DNA of 41,185 nucleotides from an uncultured Bacilli bacterium (GTDB lineage Bacteria; Bacillota_I; Bacilli_A; RF39; UBA660): NCBI GenBank assembly GCA_947628685.1, contig CANRAT010000002.1, positions 1 to 41,185 of the forward strand, read 5' to 3'. Shown piece by piece: positions 34,724 to 41,185 of this stretch (position 1 is its first letter; each line of letters starts with the position of its first letter). The notes under the pieces were generated by a model. It saw only the letters and a program-made list of their open reading frames with translations, ran no database searches and was not told where the DNA came from. The position numbers and the translations under genes were made by a program.

Positions 34724-37087
34724 ATGGATAGAAATGCTATAATTGAAACAATTAATAAAAAAACTATTGAAGCTAAAAATCTTATTGACGAAATTAGTAA
34801 TTTAAAAAAATTACTTACTAATTATGACAATCAATTGAAGCCAAGTTTTACAAATGAGGAAAAAGTAAATATTTTTATGGACTATTTTAAAGGTAGAGAT
34901 ACTATATATGCTTATCTTTCCATAGATAAAAGGGATTCAAATAAAAAGTATTATATACCTAAATGTGCGAACGAATGGAATAAAAATATTTGTAATAAAA
35001 CTATGGGTAAAAAGTGTAAAAATTGTAGATATTGGGTGGATAAACCAATAGATAAGGAAGTTATTAGAAATCACTTATTTAATAATGTCACTATAGGTAT
35101 TTATCCGATGCTAGAAGATGAAACTTGCTATTTCCTTGCTTTTGATTTTGATGATAAAAAAGATGAAAATAGCATTAAAGAAGATGTACTTGCTTTTGCT
35201 AGTGTATGTGATAAATATAATATTCCAATTGGAATTGAAAGAAGTAGATCAGGTAAAGGAATTCATGCATGGATATTTTTTAAAAACAATATAAAAGCTA
35301 TAACGGCAAGAAAAATGGGAAGCTTATTGCTATCAAAAACTATGGAGATTCGTGATAATTTAAAAATTGATTCTTTTGATAGAATGTTTCCTAATCAAGA
35401 TACTATGCCAAATGGTGGTTATGGTAACTTAATCGCACTTCCACTACAAAGTGAGCCTTCAAAATATAATAATACAGTTTTTTTGGATAGAAACTTTATT
35501 CCTTTTAATGATCAATATAGTTATTTAAGCAAAATTAGAAAGATGGATTATGATGATGTATGTGCTGTTATTAAGACATTATCCAAAAGTACTATAGATA
35601 TTAGCAGTGAAAATATTGAAATAAAAAATGAAATTAAAGATAAGCAAAAGAACAATTTTGATTTTCCAAAAAGTATAAGTGTTATTTTAAATAATATGGT
35701 TTGTATAGATAAGGCTAATTTAAGTTCTTCTGTTAAAAATTGCTTCAGAAGACTTGCAACATTTGCTAATCCCGAATTTTTTAAAAGGCAAAGGATGAGA
35801 CTTTCTGTTCATAATGTACCAATGGTAATAGATTGTAGTAAAGAGGATAATAAATATTTAATGATTCCAAGAGGAAAATTTGAATATTTATGTGAACTGT
35901 GCAACGAAAACAATGTAAAAATGAAAATTATTGATAATAGAAATAATGGTCAAAAATTAAATATAAAATTTAATGGTAAATTGAGGGATGATCAAAAAAT
36001 TGCATTAAATGAGATGTTAAAATATGAAAATGGAATACTTGAAGCTCCAACTGGGTTTGGTAAAACTGTCATATGCTGTAAATTGATTGAAAAAAGAAAC
36101 GTTAATACTCTTATAGTTACATTTAATTTATCACTATTAAAGCAATGGAAAGAAAGAATAAAAGAATTTTTAAATATTGATGAGGTAGGGCAAATTGGTG
36201 GTAGTAAAAATACTTTAACTAATAAAATTGATGTTGCAAGCATTAAAACTATTTATAATGATGGAAAATTTAATGACGTAGTTAAAAATTATGGAATGAT
36301 AATAATTGATGAATGTCATCATTCTTCTGCTTATACATATGAGGCTGCTTTAAATATGATGAATGCAAAATATGTATATGGTATGTCTGCTACTCCTGAA
36401 AAAGAAAACGGACATACACCAATTATTAAAATGCAATGTGGCAATATTAGATATAAAGTTAATATGAAAGAATATAACAAAAAATTAAATTTGTCGATGA
36501 AAGTTTATAGAAAAAATGTACATTTGAATTTTGTTAATAAAAATATAGCAGATTATAAAATTAATGAAATATATGATTTAATATCTAAAGATGTAATAAG
36601 AAATAATATTGTTATAAATGATATAGAGAAAGAATTTAAAAAAGGTAAAAATATACTTGTTTTAACTGAAAGAATTGAGCATTTAGAATATTTATATGAA
36701 AGATTATCAAATATAACAGAAAATATAATTGTATATCGTGGCGGATTAGGTAAAAAAGTAGTAAAAAAATATGATGAAATGAATTCATACATTATAGAAA
36801 ATAATGAAAATAAAATTATAATTGCTACAAGTTCATGTATTGGTGAAGGATTTGACGATTCTAGTTTAGAAGTATTATTCTTAACTATGCCTATATCTAG
36901 TATAAATAGAATAGTACAATATACAGGAAGGTTGCATAGAAAAAATGAAAATAAAAAAGAGATAATAGTTTATGATTATGTTGATGATAATTTTTCGATG
37001 ATTAGAAATATGTTTTTAAAAAGAAAGAAAGCATATGAAAAGGTTGGATACGAAGTTATTGAAAATAATTATCAAATGTCAATATGA
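34724..37087 (+). CDS. Archaeo-eukaryotic primase (PrimPol-like) domain fused to an SF2 DEAD/DEAH-type helicase
   Basis: AEP motifs: I FLAFDFDD, II SRSGKGIHAWIFF, III DRMFPNQD. The Cys cluster CANEWNKNICNKTMGKKCKNC lies upstream. Helicase motifs: I APTGFGKT, II IIIDECHH, III MSATPE, VI QYTGRLHR. Confidence 0.85.
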   Translation: MDRNAIIETINKKTIEAKNLIDEISNLKKLLTNYDNQLKPSFTNEEKVNIFMDYFKGRDTIYAYLSIDKRDSNKKYYIPKCANEWNKNICNKTMGKKCKNCRYWVDKPIDKEVIRNHLFNNVTIGIYPMLEDETCYFLAFDFDDKKDENSIKEDVLAFASVCDKYNIPIGIERSRSGKGIHAWIFFKNNIKAITARKMGSLLLSKTMEIRDNLKIDSFDRMFPNQDTMPNGGYGNLIALPLQSEPSKYNNTVFLDRNFIPFNDQYSYLSKIRKMDYDDVCAVIKTLSKSTIDISSENIEIKNEIKDKQKNNFDFPKSISVILNNMVCIDKANLSSSVKNCFRRLATFANPEFFKRQRMRLSVHNVPMVIDCSKEDNKYLMIPRGKFEYLCELCNENNVKMKIIDNRNNGQKLNIKFNGKLRDDQKIALNEMLKYENGILEAPTGFGKTVICCKLIEKRNVNTLIVTFNLSLLKQWKERIKEFLNIDEVGQIGGSKNTLTNKIDVASIKTIYNDGKFNDVVKNYGMIIIDECHHSSAYTYEAALNMMNAKYVYGMSATPEKENGHTPIIKMQCGNIRYKVNMKEYNKKLNLSMKVYRKNVHLNFVNKNIADYKINEIYDLISKDVIRNNIVINDIEKEFKKGKNILVLTERIEHLEYLYERLSNITENIIVYRGGLGKKVVKKYDEMNSYIIENNENKIIIATSSCIGEGFDDSSLEVLFLTMPISSINRIVQYTGRLHRKNENKKEIIVYDYVDDNFSMIRNMFLKRKKAYEKVGYEVIENNYQMSI

Positions 37088-37199
37088 TTATTTATATCAA
37101 ATTTTGACTATTTATTATAATTATATTTTTCATACTGTTTTTAACAAATCATGCTTTAGTTGATTGGTATCGATGGAAGAACAAGTAAAAGGGTTGTGC
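36786..37199 (+). repeat. Direct repeat copy A (3' end of the AEP-helicase gene plus downstream DNA)
   Basis: Aligns by eye with 40694-41112 at a constant offset of 3908 nt and roughly 85-90% identity. Confidence 0.85.
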
Positions 37200-37260
37200 T
37201 TTCCACCCAAATTTTGTTTTCCCCAAGTTAAGATGTAACAAATGAGAATTTATAAATATT

Positions 37261-37289
37261 GAGATACTTTAGGAAAAGTATCTTTTATT
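37261..37289 (+). terminator. Orphan rho-independent terminator
   Basis: AGATACTTT-agga-AAAGTATCT stem followed by TTTaTT. There is no intact gene immediately upstream. Confidence 0.5.
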
Positions 37290-37369
37290 GTCCATTTAAT
37301 ATAATGAAAAGTAAAGGATAATGTGATATAACATCTATATCAAGTAAACTTTGAAGGTGAGTGATTTTA

Positions 37370-37561
37370 ATGAATAATAATAAAATCAATGAAAAAGAAA
37401 TTCAAGAAAAAATAAGAAAAGTTGATGGTGCTATGACACAAGAGGGTATGCCATTAACGGAAGAAATAAAACAGAAACTTTATGACTGTATAATTGGGAA
37501 ATCTACAACAGATATAGAAAGAAAAAAAATAATGGAGAAATATAGGAGAATTTATGGATAA
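37370..37561 (+). CDS. VbhA-family antitoxin (Fic inhibitor)-like protein
   Basis: About 63 aa. AMTQEGM resembles the (S/T)xxxE(G/N) Fic-inhibitory motif. Overlaps the following Fic fragment by 8 nt (ATGGATAA). Confidence 0.6.
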   Translation: MNNNKINEKEIQEKIRKVDGAMTQEGMPLTEEIKQKLYDCIIGKSTTDIERKKIMEKYRRIYG

Positions 37562-37820
37562 TAAATATAAATACACTTATGAAAGAACATCTAATTATTG
37601 TTATAAAGATATGGATGTTTTAATTAATCTATTAAATATCAAAGATGATGAAATTTTATATGATGCAGAAAGAGACCTTGTATCTTTAAGAATTTATGAA
37701 TTAAATGAAAAACCTTTAAAAGGCAATTTTGATTTTAAATATTTAAAAGATATTCATAAATATTTATTTCACGATGTTTATAGATGGGCGGGAGATAGTC
37801 GTTGTGTAACTTATGTATAA
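37554..37820 (+). pseudogene. Truncated Fic/DOC-family gene (N-terminal 88 codons only)
   Basis: Ends at ...LKDIHKYLFHDVYRWAGDSRCVTYV*. This is just after the conserved WAGxxR segment and before where the HxFx(D/E)GNGR active-site motif should lie. Confidence 0.65.
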
Positions 37821-37854
37821 CAATTAAAGCTAAATCAATAATTTTATAAATAAG

Positions 37855-37895
37855 CATAAACCTAGGTAATCGATTGCTAATTACCTAGGTTTATG
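37855..37895. other. Perfect 16-bp-stem hairpin
   Basis: CATAAACCTAGGTAAT (37855-37870) and ATTACCTAGGTTTATG (37880-37895) with a 9-nt loop. Lies 35 nt after the Fic truncation point and directly before a TGtTATAAT -10-like box. Confidence 0.7.
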
Positions 37896-37991
37896 TTATA
37901 ATTGTAATACGATGAAGTGATAAATAGCATATTAAATTTCATTGCTAATTTGGAATATATAGGAGTTTAATGGGAAGGGAGTGAAGTTAAA

Positions 37992-38396
37992 ATGAAAGTA
38001 AAATTAGATGATGTTATAGAAATGTTAGAATTTGTAAATGATGGAATGGATTCCAGTGCTTATTACAATGATAAAACAAATGAATTTATTTATATAGGTG
38101 ATTATTCAGATATGAGCGAAGATGAAAAAGAAGAAATATATGATAATTGTATAGGACTACCTACTAAATATTATATTGATGAATATGGCATGATGGAAGA
38201 GTTTATAGAGACTATTGAAGATGTTAGACTTTACAATCAATTACAAATTGCCATTAATGGACGTGGTGCTTTTAGAAGATTTAAAGATACATGTATTAAT
38301 TTTGATATAATTGAAAATTGGTATAAGTTTAGAGATGAAAAGTATAAAGAAATTGCCATAGAATGGTGTAATAAAAATAATATTAAATTTGAATAG
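37992..38396 (+). CDS. UPF0158-family protein
   Basis: 134 aa. GRGAFRRFKD...W matches the UPF0158 signature as recalled. Confidence 0.6.
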   Translation: MKVKLDDVIEMLEFVNDGMDSSAYYNDKTNEFIYIGDYSDMSEDEKEEIYDNCIGLPTKYYIDEYGMMEEFIETIEDVRLYNQLQIAINGRGAFRRFKDTCINFDIIENWYKFRDEKYKEIAIEWCNKNNIKFE

Positions 38397-38408
38397 GAGT
38401 GTTTAAAA

Positions 38409-39008
38409 ATGGATGAAATATTAACTTTTAGAATTGGAATAGAAGGGTTAGAAAATAAAATATGGAGGAGTGTTGAAATACCAAGTAGAAGAACAGTAGC
38501 AGATCTTGCATATACTATACTTGCATCGTTTAATTCACTTGCGTATCATTTATATACCATTGAATACAAAGATTATTTATTCGATTGTTGGGTTTGCCCT
38601 GAAGAATACCCTGACTTTGATGAATTATCTAATGCTGTTGTAACAAAATTAAGTGAATTGAAACTAGAAAAGAATGACACTATGAAAATGGAATATGACA
38701 TGGGCTCTACTACTACTTTCAATATCATATATTTAGGTTCAAGGAAATTAAAAAGCTATAAGGAACAAGAACTTTATCCAATAGTAGTTAATGGTGAAGG
38801 TTTAGGAATGCTTGATGATATGTGCGATTTTGATTTAAAAGATATTGTTGATGATATAGATAAATTGGGTTATTCTAATCATTACTTTACTCCAGGATAT
38901 GAAACAAATAGAAAATATGATTATAGAAAGTATAATATTAAAAAGGATAATGGAGAACTAAAAGGGAAAATATTAGCAATTAAAAATGGCTATGAAGTGG
39001 GAGAATAA
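38409..39008 (+). CDS. pRiA4b ORF-3-like (PRiA4_ORF3 / MM3350-like) domain protein
   Basis: LTFRIGIEGLENKIWRSVEIPSRRTVADLAYTILASF...HLYT is the characteristic N-terminal pattern (IWRR.....tL.dLH). Confidence 0.65.
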   Translation: MDEILTFRIGIEGLENKIWRSVEIPSRRTVADLAYTILASFNSLAYHLYTIEYKDYLFDCWVCPEEYPDFDELSNAVVTKLSELKLEKNDTMKMEYDMGSTTTFNIIYLGSRKLKSYKEQELYPIVVNGEGLGMLDDMCDFDLKDIVDDIDKLGYSNHYFTPGYETNRKYDYRKYNIKKDNGELKGKILAIKNGYEVGE

Positions 39009-39014
39009 TATTTA

Positions 39015-40661
39015 GTGAGTGTTATGAATAAAAAAGATTTATATGAATTATTGGATGAATTATGTGAAAAAAGTTCAAAAGAACAAATTAAAAAATTTTT
39101 GTTTAGTGTAATTGAAAAATTATCAGATAGTCAAAATAATGAAATAATAGAACTTATTAACGAGGTCTTTAATGATGAAATACAAAGTATTAATTTAGGT
39201 GATTTGGATAAAACAATAGAAAAAATTGAAGAGCAGTTTGATTTAATTAATGTTGGTAAACTACAATTTCACTCTGAAACTTATGAAACTGATGATTATG
39301 ACTACTTTGGTGATAATTATGAAACTAGTTATTATGATTCTGAAAATATTAGTAGTATTATATTAAATGCTTATAATTTAGCTTCTATATTAATTACAAA
39401 AAAAGATTATAGAAATGCAAGAAAGATTCTTGATTTAATTGTTTTTACTAATTATTCTGTTTTAGAAGATGATAGTAATGATATTTTGGATTATGAAATA
39501 AATGATATTGTATCTTTTGAATTAGTCAATGTGGATATAAATAAAATATGTTTAACTTTATTATTTATTACCATATTAATTAGCGACAATAAACTTGAAG
39601 AAATATATAATTATTATAAATTATACACTTTTAGAAATATTAAACTCGAAGATTCTTTTAGTTTAGGGTTAGAAAAAATTAAAGATTTGGATATATTTTT
39701 GCAAAATTGGATACAATTTCTATCTCAAAAAAATGATGATATTTCTTTTAACTTATTAATCAATTCTTTAGAATATAGTAATTATGATAACTATAAAAAA
39801 GTGTTAGAAATGAACAAGATAACACATCCTAAATTATGTATAGTTATATTGAAAAAAATATATGAATTAAATAAATATAAAGAAGTTATTGAAATAGGTG
39901 AAAGCATAATTAAAGATGTGGGTGATAATATAAGAAGAGATATTGCATTACTTATAGCTGAATCTTATAAAAAATTTGATTCGAATTTTGATATTAGTCA
40001 GTGTTTATACGTAGCATTTGAATCCAGTCATAATGTATCTGATTTAATAAGGATTATAAATAATGATTATTTAGTAAAATATAAAGAAGAAATAGATATT
40101 ATAAAAGAGGATCCATATAAGAACTTAAATAGTAATGCTATAGTATTGTTTAGTTATTTTTTAGGAGAATTTGATGATTTTTTAAATTTTTTTAAAGATA
40201 ATCAAGAATATTTGGGTTGGACATATTCAAATATGAATACTTATGTGGAATTAGCATTATTTTTACTATGTGATTGGAATGAAACTGAAATAAAAAAGAA
40301 ATTAGCTAGTTCAATATGCCTTGATATAGGAGTAAGAGATGATTATAACCTTTATAATGCCGATGAAAGAGGAATTGAATATTTGAAAATTCTTAATGTT
40401 TGGAAAAAACACTTTACTATTTCTGATAAAATAAAGCAGGATTATATTGGTTGGTTAGAAAAAACAGTAGCTAAACGAGTAGATGTAATTGTTTCTAATC
40501 AACATCGTGGTTCTTACAGTAAAGTGGCATTTTTAGTTTGTATTTTAGATGAGTGTCTAGAGAATCTAAATATGAAAAATAAAGGTGAGATTATTGCGCT
40601 CTATGGAAAGAAATATTCAAAATATACTGCCTTTAAAAAAGAAATCAATAAATACAAATAA
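39015..40661 (+). CDS. Hypothetical large protein (548 aa), probably alpha-helical
   Basis: Long ORF beginning 6 nt after the previous gene. No motif recognised. GTG at 39015 or ATG at 39024. Confidence 0.5.
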   Translation: MSVMNKKDLYELLDELCEKSSKEQIKKFLFSVIEKLSDSQNNEIIELINEVFNDEIQSINLGDLDKTIEKIEEQFDLINVGKLQFHSETYETDDYDYFGDNYETSYYDSENISSIILNAYNLASILITKKDYRNARKILDLIVFTNYSVLEDDSNDILDYEINDIVSFELVNVDINKICLTLLFITILISDNKLEEIYNYYKLYTFRNIKLEDSFSLGLEKIKDLDIFLQNWIQFLSQKNDDISFNLLINSLEYSNYDNYKKVLEMNKITHPKLCIVILKKIYELNKYKEVIEIGESIIKDVGDNIRRDIALLIAESYKKFDSNFDISQCLYVAFESSHNVSDLIRIINNDYLVKYKEEIDIIKEDPYKNLNSNAIVLFSYFLGEFDDFLNFFKDNQEYLGWTYSNMNTYVELALFLLCDWNETEIKKKLASSICLDIGVRDDYNLYNADERGIEYLKILNVWKKHFTISDKIKQDYIGWLEKTVAKRVDVIVSNQHRGSYSKVAFLVCILDECLENLNMKNKGEIIALYGKKYSKYTAFKKEINKYK

Positions 40662-40693
40662 TATATTTTAATATAAGTTTTTATATTAGACGG

Positions 40694-41112
40694 CATAATT
40701 GAAAGATTAAAAATGAAACAAAATCATAATTGCTATAAGTTCCTGTATTGGTGAAGGGTTTGATGATTTTAGTTTAGAAGTTTTATTCTTGACTATGCTT
40801 ATATCTAGTATAAATAGAACGGTACAATATACTGGGAAAATGCATAGAAAAAATGAGAATAAAAAAGAGACAATAGTTTGTGATTATGTTGATGATAATT
40901 TTTGATGATTAGGAATATGTTTTAAAAAAAAACGGCATATATAAGGGTTGGGTATGAAGTTGTTGAAAATAATTGTCAACTGTCATTATAATTTTTATAT
41001 AAAATTTTGCCGGTATATTATAATTATATTTTTCACACTATTTTTAAATAATCATACTTTATAATAGGTGATTGTTATGGATGAAAGAGCAAGTAAAAAA
41101 GTCGTAATCGAT
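40694..41112 (+). pseudogene. Direct repeat copy B: decayed 3' fragment of an AEP-helicase gene plus downstream DNA
   Basis: Encodes IAISSCIGEGFDDFSLEVLFLTMLISSINRTVQYTGKMHRKNENKKETIVCDYVDDNF*. A 1-nt deletion relative to copy A creates the stop. No 5' part of the gene is present. Confidence 0.8.
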
Positions 41113-41136
41113 GCTGGACATGGAGGTATCGGTTAA
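41077..41136 (+). pseudogene. Possible remnant of an N-acetylmuramoyl-L-alanine amidase gene start
   Basis: AGGTGA RBS then ATG. Encodes MDERASKKVVIDAGHGGIG*, where (V/I)IDAGHGG is the Amidase_3 N-terminal motif. A stop follows after 19 codons. It lies near the window edge. Confidence 0.35.
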
Positions 41137-41185
41137 ATCCAAAAATAGAAGAAATGACTATTTTGGTAAGTAAATACAAGAGTTT

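Noticed and set aside
485-36792. About 30 short ORFs in the track lie antisense to, or nested within, long well-supported genes. Examples are 485-667, 1694-1957, 1936-2127, 3528-3923, 9365-9751, 9487-9894, 10372-10713, 10891-11238, 15802-16558, 17327-17563, 18532-18765, 19229-19414, 20225-20461, 24417-24686, 24911-25207, 25608-25970, 27198-27704, 27930-28358, 28464-28691, 30982-31179, 35992-36243 and 36553-36792.
   Set aside because: All are fully contained in much longer ORFs with clear family motifs on the opposite strand or in another frame. Their products are low-complexity L/I/F/S/Y-rich strings, as expected from antisense reading of AT-rich coding DNA, and they lack RBSs.
37088-37360. 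A coding gene in the 270-bp gap after the helicase gene (ATG GAA GAA CAA GTA AAA GGG ... at about 37173).
   Set aside because: It is only a 21-codon ORF. It corresponds to the decayed counterpart of the amidase-like start seen in repeat copy B, so it is best treated as a relic.

Overview
This 41.2-kb window comes from a very AT-rich (by eye about 25-30% GC) Gram-positive Bacillota chromosome; I cannot assign a species. Nearly all genes are on the + strand.

Layout:
- Left part (1-13.9 kb): core housekeeping genes. These are a DUF421 protein, a NUDIX hydrolase, typA/bipA, ddl, parA(soj)-parB(spo0J)-DUF951, an AbgT-like transporter, ychF, an SDR oxidoreductase, a YnbB-like PLP enzyme and an RluA-family pseudouridine synthase. 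An Rpn-like PD-(D/E)XK nuclease gene plus an XRE regulator sit between typA and ddl.
- Middle (14-29 kb): cell-surface genes mixed with ordinary genes. There are two paralogous SpaA/CnaB-repeat adhesins with a non-canonical VP(D/N)TL sorting signal and their own sortase. There are also a membrane protein, a ClpX-like AAA+ paralog with a novel N-domain, a UvrD-like helicase, a glucosaminidase, a P-type Ca2+-ATPase and two lipoproteins.
- Right third (29.4-41.2 kb): looks like an accessory/conflict island. It holds an Abi_2 gene, an operator-controlled two-gene operon of unknown function, a sortase B with an NPNTK substrate, a DUF3800 protein and an archaeo-eukaryotic primase (AEP) fused to an SF2 helicase. 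It also holds an orphan VbhA antitoxin with a truncated Fic gene and a UPF0158 / PRiA4_ORF3 / 548-aa operon.

Most notable observations:
1. Two dispersed type-IV-pilin-like genes share a near-identical promoter, leader and N-terminus cassette. The second copy carries an 11-G homopolymer in its promoter spacer (20-bp spacer versus 17 bp in the paralog). It also carries an A8 tract that splits the ORF; one extra A would fuse the pilin-like N-terminus to a DUF6273-like domain. This is a candidate two-level phase-variation switch.
2. An imperfect direct repeat of about 410 bp (roughly 88% identical by eye, 3908 bp apart) duplicates the 3' end of the AEP-helicase gene plus downstream DNA. It brackets a 3.5-kb cargo.
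3. A perfect 16-bp palindrome lies inside a promoter at 30.4 kb.

I saw no rRNA genes, tRNA genes or CRISPR arrays.
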